Part shown: positions 31,445 to 44,265 of the stretch, in pieces
Position numbering within the stretch: the first letter of the stretch is position 1
How the letters are laid out: the number at the start of each line of letters is the position of its first letter
From: Bryobacterales bacterium
Lineage (GTDB): Bacteria > Acidobacteriota > Terriglobia > Bryobacterales > UBA6623
Reading direction: 5' to 3'
DNA length: 64,000 nt
NCBI GenBank assembly: GCA_965247515.1
Contig: OZ252029.1
Span: 6,828,692-6,892,691 of the forward strand
The notes under the pieces: generated by a model
Told to the model about the DNA's origin: nothing
The model's input: the letters and a program-made list of their open reading frames with translations, nothing else
Databases searched by the model: none
Position numbers and translations under genes: made by a program

Positions 31445-32557
31445 TCAGTCGGACTGGATCTGCACCGTGCGCTCCAAGAGCGCATTCATTCCGCCGACCA
31501 CGGTGATCTTGTCCACCTTGTCGGCGATTCGCTCCAGCGACTCGAGCTCCTTGAGCCGCACCAGGATGGGGTTTTCGCCCATCAGCTTGGCCGTGTTGAG
31601 CAACGAACGCGTCGAAGCCACCTCTTCGCGCCGGCGGATCAAGTTGGCCTGCGCCTGCTTCTCCGCCGTCACGACCTGGTTCAGGATGTCCCGAACATCG
31701 CCGGGCAGCACAACGTCCTTAAGGGCAATCAAGCCCACGCGAACGCCGAACTGCTCCATGTCTCGCCGGACGGTTTCCGCCACCGCCGCGTCAAGGTCGG
31801 TCTTCTCCGCCAGCATCTCCTCCAGAGTCCGCTTGCCCAGGTACTGGCGAACGGCGATCTGGAGCGTCCGGTACAGGTGCTCGTGGACGTCAACCACACC
31901 AGCTCGCGCCGCCGCGGCGTCGACCACATCGAACACCGCCGAGACGTTCACTCGGATGGCGACCTTGTCGGCCGTGAGGATCTCCTGACCGGTCACCTCG
32001 ATCGTCTGACGCCGCAGTTCCGTGAGCGTGACCTTCGGCTGCGCAACGGCAGTCCAGAAGGCGTAAGCCCCCGGATCCAGCTCACGGATCAGCCGGCCGT
32101 CGAGATGCACCAGGCCGCGCTTGCCATCGTCCACCAAAGTGAACAAAGCCAGCGATGCCTGCCCGAGCCGCGCAAGCGAAGCCACCAGCCGGGCCGGGAC
32201 TTTCGGCTCCGCCACGACGTCAATCCGCTCGAACGTTACCTCAACCGAAGCCCGCCAGTAGAGCACGCGCTCACCCGGGCCCACGACGCGTCCGAGCTTG
32301 CCGTCGAACGAAACCACCGCGACCTCGGCGTCGCCCGTTTCGACCACGGTGAAGTGGGCCGCGGCGACTTCCGGCCGCTGCGTCGCGATGAAGTCAGCCC
32401 ACTCGCTCGTCAGTTCGGGATGCAGGGTATTGTGCGTCTCCGCCTCGACCCCACGGCCGAAGACCCAGTGGACGCCCGGCTCGAGAATCGACTCAAAGCG
32501 CCGCTCACGAATCAGCAACACTCGCTCGTTATCACCAACTACAATTCGACGAATCAT
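31445..32557 (-). CDS. SPFH/band-7 (slipin/stomatin-like) family protein
   Basis: 370-aa protein with an SPFH core and a coiled-coil C-terminus. Confidence 0.7.
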   Translation of the reverse strand: MIRRIVVGDNERVLLIRERRFESILEPGVHWVFGRGVEAETHNTLHPELTSEWADFIATQRPEVAAAHFTVVETGDAEVAVVSFDGKLGRVVGPGERVLYWRASVEVTFERIDVVAEPKVPARLVASLARLGQASLALFTLVDDGKRGLVHLDGRLIRELDPGAYAFWTAVAQPKVTLTELRRQTIEVTGQEILTADKVAIRVNVSAVFDVVDAAAARAGVVDVHEHLYRTLQIAVRQYLGKRTLEEMLAEKTDLDAAVAETVRRDMEQFGVRVGLIALKDVVLPGDVRDILNQVVTAEKQAQANLIRRREEVASTRSLLNTAKLMGENPILVRLKELESLERIADKVDKITVVGGMNALLERTVQIQSD

Positions 32558-32795
32558 TTCGCACCTCCTCTCATTCCAAAACTGATTGTTGAGATCCCCG
32601 GGCCGCGCTTCGCGCAGCCTCCGGCGGGCTTCCGCTAGAGCTGGCTGAGCCGTGGGCAGACTTCACCCACGCGAACGAACCGGCAGTTTCAACGGAAAGC
32701 TCAGGCCGAGATTGCGCTGCCCCTAGACCTCGAAGCGAGGCTTAGCGGCGGAAACACGACCCGGTTCACTGGTGTTTGAACCTGATTTGCAGTCA

Positions 32796-32868
32796 GGTGG
32801 ATAACGGGATTCGAACCCGCGTCCGTCAGCTCCTAAGGCTGATGCTCTTTCCTCTGAGCTATATCCAG
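32796..32868 (-). tRNA. Isolated class-I tRNA with anticodon UAG and a C1·C72 mismatch; noncanonical
   Basis: D-arm gctc-agaggaaa-gagc, anticodon arm tcagc-ctTAGga-gctga, T-arm gcggg-ttcgaat-cccgt, no encoded CCA. Confidence 0.45.
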
Positions 32869-33149
32869 GTGGAGCCGGAGGAATCTTTCCACGCCGGCAT
32901 ACGGTGACTCAGTGAGCCCGCACCAGTGAGGCATTGGAACCTCGACCTATTGGCGTAAATCGACATAGTGTCCTCCAGACAAGAAGACAATAACACCACA
33001 TGGTAGTGGTGTCAACAATAAAATTCAAAAATTTTCCGTCCTAGTGTAGGTCGCCAGAAATCCCGTAACATATTGCAGGGTCCGGGCACGGCGTCAATGC
33101 AGAGAGCAACATGTCGCTGAAGCGCCCAAATTGGCCTCTGGATAGTCGG

Positions 33150-33365
33150 GGTCCGAAGCCCCGTCAGGGGCGGCATAACCGTAGCCCACAGCGCGAGCTG
33201 TGGGAAATAGGACTAGCGGGTCCCTTTTACCGTCTTCAGGGCCTTTGTATTCGCGCCGAGGGCGCGAATACAAAGGCCCTGAAGAGGCGGAGCGGAGTCT
33301 TGGCGAATCAAAACCCCCAGCTTGCGCTGGGGGCTACGGTTATGCCGCCCCTTGCGGGGCTCGAA
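33150..33365. repeat. About 215-bp compound palindrome: two inverted copies of a ~100-bp unit, each with two internal hairpins, around a perfect 51-bp central palindrome
   Basis: Outer arms ggggcggcataaccgtagccc.cagcgc.agctg.ggg, central cttcagggcctttgtattcgcgcc-gag-ggcgcgaatacaaaggccctgaag. The mirror ORFs on both strands are artefacts of the symmetry. Confidence 0.8.
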
Positions 33366-33473
33366 CACGCCCGGCGCTAACTTGGCCAACTCAGCGACAT
33401 ATTGCACGTCAACGACCCGATGACGCCGTCAGGATAAGTTGCAGTCTGCTTGGCGCACTACACTAGCGCGGGA

Positions 33474-35460
<1,987 letters not shown>

Positions 35461-36174
35461 GCCGAAGCCCCGGCTCAACTCCGTCGCGCAGCGGCGTCCG
35501 CGCCGTGTTCATCACCATCGCCAGTAGCTGGTAGTACCCCATGATGCCGATCGTGTCGATCACACCCTTCTGGCCGAGATACGACAACAGCCGCGCATAG
35601 GTCGGGTCGCTGACTCCTTGGGTTCGCAGCAGCTCCATACAGAAGTCGTACACGGCCGACTCGTCGTCAGCCATGCGCTCCGGACGTCGTCCGTCGGCAA
35701 CCGCCTCGATAATCGCGGCTCCGAGTCCTTCGCTCTCGGCGATCGGAGCATGCGCGGCCCACTCGTAGTTCTGGGTCCAATGGCGCGCGGTGATCAAGAT
35801 GACGAGCTCGCTCAGGCGCGGCGGTAGGGCGCTGCTGAAGCGCACGTAATCGCCAACGTTGCGCGCCCGGCTCAGCATCTCAGGGCTTCGCAGCAGCGGC
35901 ACGAAGGGCCCGCTCAGGCCAGGTCTGTCGCGCGCCGCTTTGAACTCTTCAACGGCCGCCTTCTGTTCGGCGGTCAACTCACTCTCTGGAATCGGGGGCA
36001 TTCGGTCTTGGGCTGTAAGCGTCATAGCGCAGATAAGGAAGACTAGCGCGCCTGTGACTCGCTCGCCTATCCAAAGTACTCGTCGGTGGTAACTGGTCAT
36101 CATTGGTGTCCTTTGAAGCCAGGCACAGCGCGGTAAGCTTCGTGACGCGGGCGGACATGCCGGCCGGCCGCTAG

Positions 36175-36450
36175 TTATTTATAGAGTGTCAGCACGTCCG
36201 AATCGACCGAATCGAGGTAGTCCATCAGTTGCTTGTGCAACTCCCGCGCTTTTTCCGGTTGGGCGCCGGCCAAGTCTCTTGTTTCGCCTAAGTCGTCTTT
36301 CAAGTTGAAGAGCAGCATCTTGTCTTCGCGCCAGAACTTCACCAGCTTGTAATCGCCCACGCGGATGGCCGTGTGCGGATAGCTGTCGTTGTAGCGGTGA
36401 AACACGAGCCCGGGGTTGGGCCGGTGCACCGAGCCCCGTCCTTCATTCTC
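36175..36450 (-). pseudogene. Second sulfatase C-terminal fragment (about 90 aa)
   Basis: ..YPHTAIRVGDYKL..LFNL.DDLGETRDLA...P....L is a sulfatase C-terminus. The upstream region encodes an unrelated M23 peptidase. Confidence 0.55.
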
Positions 36451-36461
36451 CAGCAAGGCGC

Positions 36462-37160
36462 TCAAGCTCCCGCCGTCAATATCACTGGGCAGAGCCTGTG
36501 TGTAAGATGGATACAATCGCGCTGCCAGGAGCTGAATTTGTCGAAGCCTGGAGCATTCCGAATCTCGAAATGCAGATGAGCAAAGCCGCTCTCGCTGCTA
36601 CCTGTGTACCCGATCAGATCGCCCTTGTTCACAGTTGCATCCTCGACGACGACGGCTTGCGTCAAGTGCATGTAGTTGCTGTGATAGCAGCCAACGTCAT
36701 CGCACGAGGTTTGGCCCGGGCGGAAGTGACGGAGTTGAACCAGCGGGTCTGAGTAGCTGGGGTGACTGCCCGCGATGCGAACGACCCCATCCGCGATAGC
36801 AAAGACAGGCGTACCCTCCGGCGTAGCGATATCAATTCCTCGATGGAAGTCGTAGCGGTCGTCTTCTGAGGCCAGCGGTCGCGGACCGAATGGCGAAGCG
36901 ATGGGCAGATCAGCGAAGGCGGTGGCACCCCACCGCTCTGACGGACAACCGTCGGAATCGATCCAGTTTTGGGGCGGCGCCTCGCTGATCCGCCCGCACA
37001 GAGGCCACGGCGAAGTCGGATCGAACGGTTGCGGCAGCCCGACTCGGGGCCACCCGAGCAGGGCTACTGTGCAAAGACACCAGATGAAAGCAGTGCACCG
37101 AGCGTTCATCTCCATCGCCATCCATGGTGGCACAGGAGACGCCGGAATAGAATAGTACAC
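36462..37160 (-). CDS. M23-family metallopeptidase (LytM-like), secreted
   Basis: HRGIDIA (HxxxD) and HLHFE (HxH) motifs, with a signal peptide. Confidence 0.75.
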   Translation of the reverse strand: MYYSIPASPVPPWMAMEMNARCTAFIWCLCTVALLGWPRVGLPQPFDPTSPWPLCGRISEAPPQNWIDSDGCPSERWGATAFADLPIASPFGPRPLASEDDRYDFHRGIDIATPEGTPVFAIADGVVRIAGSHPSYSDPLVQLRHFRPGQTSCDDVGCYHSNYMHLTQAVVVEDATVNKGDLIGYTGSSESGFAHLHFEIRNAPGFDKFSSWQRDCIHLTHRLCPVILTAGA

Positions 37161-38331
37161 TTGTACTGAATTGCCAGTGGGACTCTAATGACTAGCGATA
37201 GCTAGCCGAGACACCCTTTGCCCAAGTCCACCGTTTCCTGCGTTGGCACAAGGGCGGCCGTGATGATCGCCGACTCGGTGCAAAGCTTGTCGTACTGCGC
37301 GGCAATGGCTTTCACTCGCCGCCGGGAGCACTCAGTAACGAAAGAAGCTCGTTTTCGAACTCCTTTCCGGCACGGGTGGACTGCCGGCGAAGGGGCGCCG
37401 TGCGAAAGCTATCGAGGGCTTGGGAGTAAGCGTTCCTGGCTTCGTCGGGGCGACCCGACAGCGTCAGAATGACGCCCCGCCGATGAAACCAACGTTCCGA
37501 GGCCATTGCAGGACGAATCTGATCGAGCCGGCCCAAGGCGCGCTCAAACCGGTTGAGCGCTAGCTCGATGTCGATTGTGAAGTTAACGAGTGTGAAGATC
37601 GGGCCCAGCCTTTCGATGCCGTCGTCCACTCCGGCTAGTGCGCGAGCGATGTGGGCCGAACCGGCCGAGATGAGGGTCTTCGCTCGCTCCAGATAATACT
37701 CGGGAGTTGGATTGTCCAGACTAGCGATAACCTTGTCGTAATCGGCGGCCGCGGCCCGCGGCTGCTCCAGCTTGGCCAGCAGCCTTGCGCGCGTTAGCAG
37801 GCCCTCGCGGTGGTCCGGCGACGCTTCCAAGAGGCGGTCAAGATCAGCCTTGGCTGCCGGCCAGCGGCCGGCCTCAAAGAACATACGCCCGCGGACGAAG
37901 GGGATTGCAGTTGAATCCGGGCTGAGCTCAGCCGCGCGCCGGTAATCCGCCAGCGCCGAGTCCCAGTCACGGTGGAGACGGTGCAACTCACCTCGCTTGA
38001 TGTAGAGATCGGCGTTGTCCGGGTCTGCGGAGATGCGCTTATCCATGTCTTTCTGGAGTGAACCCCAAGCGTGAGACAGTCGAAATCGGGACAGGTTACG
38101 ATTCACCGCAAAACGCTTGCCTTCTTCGCTGTATCGTCGCACGCTGGTCCTAGCCGGGGAAGCGGAAGCGGGCTCTGCTGGAGAGCAACCGCCAAGGAAT
38201 ACCCGGCCGCAAACTCATCAAGACGATGAGCGCCGGGGGCGGCCGCCAAGGTCGCTCCCGGCTTCTCCAACGCCGGCGATGTCTCCCTGCCCGCCCAGGG
38301 CCCATCGGATTGATAGATTTGCCTATGCCTC

Positions 38332-39290
38332 TCAAAACTCATACTTCGGATTCCTCGCTGCTGTTGCCGCCGGCCGCGCCAGCGCTTCAAACTCCGCCGG
38401 CGGACGATATCCCAACGCCGAATGCAGCCGGCGTTGGTTGTAGATCTCATCAATGAACTCGCCGATCGATGCGCGCGCCTCGTCAAGCGTGCGATAACGC
38501 TGCAACCAAACCTCCTCCGCCTTCAACGTCTTCATGAAACTCTCCGCCCGCGCGTTGTCGTAGGGGTTGCCGCGGCGGCTCATCGAGATGATCGCGCCGT
38601 GCTGCTCCAGCAGCTCGACATAGGCGCTCGAAGCGTACTGTACGCCTTGGTCGGAATGATGCATCCACCCCGCGGCAGGGCGTCTGAGCTCGAGCGCATC
38701 GCGCAACGCCCCTACAGCCAGCTCAGCTTTGAGCGTCGTCCCCAGCCGCCAGCCGACCACGCGTCGCGAGTAGGCGTCCAACACCACGGCGAGGTAGACG
38801 AACGCCTCGCGCAAGCGAATGTAGGTGATATCGGATTGCCACAACTGATCGACGCCGTCCACATTCAGGTGCGCCGCTAGATTCGGATAAACAGGTAAGA
38901 AGTGGTTCGAATCCGTTGTTAGCACGAAGCGCCGCTTGAGTACCGCCAGCAAGTTGTCCTTACGCATCATCCGCAGGACCTTTTTGTGATTGACGAGGAA
39001 GCCTTGGCGGCGCAGCTCGGCCGTCACGCGGCGGTAGCCGTAACGACGATTCTCGAGCGAAATCCGCTGCATGCGGTCACGCAATTCCATGTCGCACTCG
39101 GCGGGCGACGACACGGCGAGCCGGCGATAGAACCCGGCGCGATTCACGCGTCCGAGCTCGCAGGCGTGTTCGACGCTGAGCGAGCCTTTGGCGCTGATCT
39201 GCTCGACGATGGAGTAGATCCGCTCGCGCCACCGGCGTCGTTGGTCGGGGCTGCGAGGTTCAAGGCGCGAAAGGCTTGTCCGAAAAAATC
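38332..39290 (-). CDS. IS3 OrfB (DDE integrase core), reached by a -1 frameshift from orfA
   Basis: rve-domain motifs ..HSDQGVQYAS..NPYDNARAESF... The long ORF seen in the track is a read-through artefact that includes host sequence. Confidence 0.75.
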
Positions 39291-39587
39291 GAGCTCTGCG
39301 GCTTGTTTGCCGAGCAGTCGTTCGAGCTCTGCGATGCGTTCGTCGCGCGGATCGCGAGGGATCTTGGGCGGCGCCGAGCGGCCGGGTTTCGGCCGGCCTC
39401 GCCGCCGGCTCAAGCCGTTGACGCCTTCCTGGCGATAGGCGTCCCGCCAGCGGTACAGCAGGCTGCGCTTGACGTCCAACTCGCGGCTTAGCGCTGTGCC
39501 GCTCTGGCCGGCTAGGAGCCGCCTGGCGGCGGCTTCCTTGAACTCCACCGTGAACTCCCGCGGCTTGCGCGGCTTGAGACTTTCCAT
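39144..39587 (-). CDS. IS3 OrfA (HTH + leucine zipper)
   Basis: MESLKPRKPREFTVEFKEAAARRL.. Ends just after a gatttttt slippery run. Confidence 0.75.
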   Translation of the reverse strand: MESLKPRKPREFTVEFKEAAARRLLAGQSGTALSRELDVKRSLLYRWRDAYRQEGVNGLSRRRGRPKPGRSAPPKIPRDPRDERIAELERLLGKQAAELDFFGQAFRALNLAAPTNDAGGASGSTPSSSRSAPKARSASNTPASSDA

Positions 39588-39777
39588 CCTGGACTCCTTT
39601 CCATTCGCTGAAATTCGTCCCAAATTTCAATGTCTCATTTTTAGGGTTCACTCCATTCAGCCGCTCATGGACGCCCGCGTGGCCGTCTAACTGAACCGGC
39701 CACAGCAGGGCCACGGCCGTCATGAGGACCGAGAGGATTGCTGTTGGAGCCCTTGTCATAAAGATAGATGGTCTCGG

Positions 39778-42700
39778 CTAGAGTACGGACGCCGTGTCAG
39801 TGGTCTCCACATTGCTGCCTGGAGCATAGGTGTACCCGGCAAGCGTCAGGCTAGTGACCGTGAAGCGGAAGATGTCGCCGGATGACGCCTTCTCCTTCGA
39901 CGAGTTGACCGTAACGGCCCCGCTTCCGGAGGTCGTTCCCGAGGAGCTGCCGATCGGAGCGCTGTTGAGCTCCCATGATCCCGTTACTTGCACGCTGCCG
40001 ATCGGCGAGCCGTTCTGGTCCTCTACCGTCACCGCTGCCGCGCCCGTGAAGTTCTTGCCTTGCTGGCTCAGCGAGACAGCGATGTCGGCGACATGCATGC
40101 TCTGCCGCACGATTTCTTCGGGCGTTGCGGAAGCCTCATTCGAGGCCGCCGACTCGTTTGCGCTCGTATCCCGCGACGTGACGACATAGTAGACCGGCGT
40201 TCCCGCCGCGAGTCCAACATCGGTAAACTGACTCGCTGAAAGGCCCGACGCTACCAGGCTGTAGCCGCTGCCTGAGACGGTCGAGCGATAGACCAGGAAC
40301 TCGGCCCAGTCGGGGTCGGTTGTGTTGTCAGGCCAATCGAGGGAAACGGAGCCGGGACCCGCCGCCGCCGCCGACGCACCCGGCGCGGCGGGAGGATCGG
40401 TATCAGGCGGACCGACAGAGCATGCGCTTCCATCGATGTCCACACACGCCGCCGTTTCAACGTTGGCGTTTGGATCATAGTCGAAACCGGCGGCCGAGAC
40501 GCCCGTGACGGTGATGATGAACTGACCGGAAAGCGAACGGTCGACTCGATCGGAGTCGAATTTTACGCTTCCAGTGGCGCCGGTTAGGCCGCTCTCGGCG
40601 TCACTGGTCAGACCGCTCCATTGGGCGGTGACGCTCGCACCGTCAACTGGGGCGCCGCCTTCGTCGACGATCGAGACGACCGCGCGGGCGTATCGGCGCT
40701 TGCCGGCGTTGCGTTTAACGATTGAGATCGAGCCGACATGCATCGTCGGCGCGGCCGTCGGGTCGGTTGTCACGTTCAAGGTCCCGCTGGGGGCCGAGCT
40801 GTTCCCCGCGGCGTCTCGAGCGATGACGTGGTAACCGTAGGCCGTCGCGGCGGTGAGGCCGGAATCGGCGAAGTTTGTCGTGTCGCCAGCCGTGCTGCCG
40901 GCCAATCCGCCGTCGCGGTAGACGTCGTAGGCCGTGACCGCAACGTTGTCTGTCGAAGCGGCCCAGCTGATCGTGACGGTTGTGTCGGTCTTAGACACCT
41001 CGGTCGGCGTGCCTGGGGCGGTCGGATCTTCGCTGTCCGGCGGCGGATCGGTCGTGACCATCAGGGCCGGGCTTTGGCTCGACTCGTTGGCGGCGGCGTC
41101 GACCGCGGAAACCGTGTAGCCGTAGCTGTAATCCGGATCGAGACCGGTATCGGTGAAGGTCAAGGCCGCCGTCGTGCCGAGTTCGACCGTGTCACGGAAG
41201 ACGCGATAGTGGTCGACGCCGACGTTGTCAGCCGAGGCGTTCCATTGCAGCTCGACCTCGGTATCAGTATTCGAAACCAGCGCCAGTCCGGTCGGGATAT
41301 CGGGCGGGTCGCTATCGACGAACGCGCTGTATCGAACCGTCAGCCGCGGACGCTGCGTTGCGGTTGCGTAATCGCTGGAGCGAAAATCCAGGCCGTCGCT
41401 CGTAGCGGAGTTGGCGATGATGACGCCGTGATTCGTCGAGGGGGAGTTCACCCAGCCCTGCACCGCGGCGATCCCGTCGGCGTTGAGAATCACTTTGTAG
41501 GAACCCGCCGTTCCAGCGGTAATGCTCCCGAGAACCAGCGCTCCTCGGTCGCCCGGCCCCTGGGCTCCGGCCGTGTCCCAGGCGTTCCCGGGCGAATACT
41601 CGTTCCAGGTGGCGCCGGTCTCGAACCAGTCACGATTGAGCTGATAGATGTCGTAAACGCCGCCGCTGATGTTGAAAACCTCGATGTCGATTTCAGCCGA
41701 ATCGACGGTCGACCCGGTTGGAATCGCCGACACGTCCCACTCCATGAGCGATGCCAGATCATTGCCGCTGCCGCCGGGATCGTCGCCGTCGGCCAACAGC
41801 GTGCCGGACAATCCGAAGTTCGAGGTCGGGGCGTTCTGAGAAATGTAAGTGTCGCTCGTACCGTCGTAGCTCGCGTCCGGCGAAACCCCTTCCTGGAACG
41901 ATTCGGTCACGATGTCAATGTGGCCGAACGCGGCCTGAGAATTAGGCGCAATCGGATTGGACGACAAGTCGACGACGTTGTTGACCGTCAATGTGTAGGT
42001 GATGGCGACGCTCAGAGGCGTGACGGTCAACGTTACGACTCGGGCGGACGCATCTAGCGATGCCGCACTCACCGTGACGCCGTTGTCGATCGTGTAGTTA
42101 GCCGCCGCCTCCGCGCTGGTCTGCTCGACTCGTTCGCTGAAGTTCACGACCACTTCCGTTGCTGGGCCTTCCGACTCGACCGAAGAAATCGTCGGGAGAG
42201 TCGTGTCGGGTCCCTTCAGAATCGTGAAGTCATCCAGGACATTCGTGTTGTTGTCCAAGTACTTAACGTCGAGACGGCCGCCGTCGAAGTCGAGCACCAC
42301 CGAGCCAAGAGCGTTGAGCGAAAGGAACATGGCCGGGTGGTTGAGAGCGCCGCCACTGATCTTTCCCGACGCGCCCGCCACCGCATACACGGCCCCCTCA
42401 TGGGGAACATCCGCCGCGAACGTCTTCGAGTAGGCGCCGTCGCCTAGTTCATTGCCATCCCCAGCGTCCACTTGCATGGCCGGGATGAACGTGCCTGACG
42501 AGCCGTAATGGCCGTCAATGAGGTAGGACCGCTCGTAGGAATGGCTGTGACCCGTCAGGATTAGGTCGACGCCGTGCTGCTCCAGGATCGGCAGAGCGTT
42601 CTGACGCATGTCGATCAAGCGGCCCAGTGTCCGAATTATGCGAGCCCTTGGTGTAGGGCGGGTGGTGCCAGAACGCGATAAGCCAGGGCTCGTCGTTGGC

Positions 42701-43513
42701 CTGAAGATCCGCTTCCAGCCATGTCAGCATCGCCCCGCTGGTCGAGCGGTCGGTTTCGTAAGACTCCAGGCACACGAAGTGAATGTTGCCGTAGTCAAAC
42801 GAGTAATATGCTTCGGTCCCCGTGGCGATGCCGCCGGCTTCGGCATTCTTCGGCAACGTGAAGATGTCGTAGTAGGGCCCGCTCTGGCTTGCCGAGTCGG
42901 CTGTGTGTCCATCGTGATTGCCGAGCGTGGACCAGAGAATCGTGTTACGCAGGAACATCGGATAGGTATCGAAAACGGCGGCTTGGTACTCCGTATCCGT
43001 ACCGTCCTGGTAGGCGTTATCCCCCAACATCAGCAGGAGTTCCGGGTCCTGCGCGCCGGTGAAGGTGATGAACGCATCGCGGACAGCGCGAGCGTTGGCG
43101 TCCGCGGTCCCCGAGTCGCCTAGCACCCAAACGCGAGTCTGCTTGGGCGTCCCCGCGATTGGCGAAGTCACAAGGAAATGTTCGCTGTCGCCGCCGGCCA
43201 ACACCCCGGCCGTGTTCCCCGCCGAATAGTAGTACTTCGTGTTGGCGGTAAGCCCGCTGACCGAGACTTCGTGATCGGTGAACGCTCCCGCGACTGACGC
43301 CGACTGATTCAGGACGCCTTCCTGGACGCCATACCGCACCACGCTGTCGGTCGTGCTATTCGTCCGCCACTTGACGATCACGCTGGAGGGCGTGCCCGTT
43401 TGCAGGTAGGGCCCGCGGATCACCGACTGCGCCGCCGCGGGTGAAAAGTTGCTTGCCAGCGCAAGGAGCAGGAAAAGGAGGATCGGAAAGCAGGAGCGAT
43501 AAAAAAGGTTCAC
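39778..43513 (-). CDS. Large secreted purple-acid-phosphatase-like metallophosphoesterase with at least three C-terminal FN3 domains (single 1-nt frame break near 42600)
   Basis: N-terminal GDxG / GDNAY / GNHD motifs and GHSHSYER in the downstream frame. FN3 repeats (TVTISWAASTDNVAVTAYDVYRDG). Signal peptide. Confidence 0.65.
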
Positions 43514-43974
43514 GGTTTCGACTCGTAGAAAAGGATTCAGGTGCTCCGGCGACGAATAACACGGGTCTCTATAAGAGCTTATCAGCGGTCGCGTGATTGC
43601 CCGACACGTTGAAGGCCCGGCCGCTCCGGCTCCAGCGCACGCCCCATCCCCCGTACTCGACGATAGGCCGGTAGCTGCGGGCCTCTGCTCCGACGATCTT
43701 GTCCAAACTGAAAGTCTTCTCAGGCCACATCTACGGCGGAGTTGGTCCGATTCTTGCTGCTTTCGTTTTCGATTCTACCCGCGGGGGCGCAAGATCGGTT
43801 GCTAGTGGACTGTCTTCAACATTTCGTTACTACGCTTAGCTCTGGTAGGGGCGTAGCGTGCTACGCCCGCGGGTCGAGCACGCTCGACCCCTACAAGACC
43901 TATGATCACGATACCTCCGCGTCCGCGACAGTCCACTAGCGAAGTCTGCGACCTCAAACCGACGAGGCATCGCG

Positions 43975-44060
43975 CACCCGGAGCCGCGCGCGTAAGCAAG
44001 CGGTTGTCGGTGTCTGGGCAACCGCTTGCTTTACGCGCGCGGCTCCGGGTGACGGCGAAA
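43975..44060. repeat. REP-like palindrome (30-bp arms) in the PAP upstream region
   Basis: cccggagccgcgcgcgtaagcaagcggttg ... caaccgcttgctttacgcgcgcggctccggg. Confidence 0.8.
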
Positions 44061-44229
44061 CTTGACTCGTTTGTTCAGATGCTCCGGACGTCAGCGGGCT
44101 AGGCTTTTTCGGAGACTTCGCTCCGAAAAAGAGGCCCTGCGGGCAGTGTCGTGCCGGGCTGTAGGGGGCGACAAGTGACGCTCCTACGGACGACGCTTTG
44201 TGGTTGATAACAAATGACTTACTGAAACA

Positions 44230-44251
44230 TCGACAATTTTTTGTCGATGTT
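44230..44251 (-). terminator. Hairpin catcgacaattttttgtcgatg immediately 3' of the SSS transporter
   Basis: 8-bp stem, located right after the stop codon. Confidence 0.35.
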
Positions 44252-44265
44252 GAGGCGGCAAGCGC

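Larger units (their letters stand above)
38054..39655 (-). mobile_element. IS3-family insertion sequence, copy 1 (1602 bp, TG...CA ends, 3-bp target duplication ttc)
   Basis: IRs TGGAGTGAACCCCAAGCGTGAGACAGTCGAAAT / TGGAGTGAACCCTAAAAATGAGACATTGAAAT. Identical to copy 2 apart from one indel. Confidence 0.85.
37312..39759 (-). pseudogene. Secreted TPR-repeat protein gene interrupted by IS3-family copy 1
   Basis: Signal-peptide exon (39759-39656) and TPR body (38053-37312) are in frame once the IS and one copy of the 3-bp duplication (ttc) are removed: ..VHERL|KDMDKRISADPD... Confidence 0.75.

Noticed and set aside
33111-33407. Two 60-90-aa ORFs on opposite strands with near-identical peptide sequences (..GRHNRSPQRELWE.. 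/ ..GRHNRSPQRKLG..)
   Set aside because: They are mirror images generated by the 215-bp compound palindrome. There is no coding signal independent of the symmetry.
38332-39759. 475-aa ORF spanning IS3 copy 1
   Set aside because: This is read-through that fuses the TPR gene signal peptide, non-coding IS sequence and OrfB in one open frame. The real products are OrfA, OrfB and the split TPR gene.
43800-43900. Tandem hairpins ggggcgtagcgtgctacgcccc / gggtcgagcacgctcgaccc upstream of the PAP gene as a riboswitch or regulatory RNA
   Set aside because: They are only two simple stem-loops, not a recognisable conserved structure. They may be attenuator or terminator-like, but there is no basis for a specific call.
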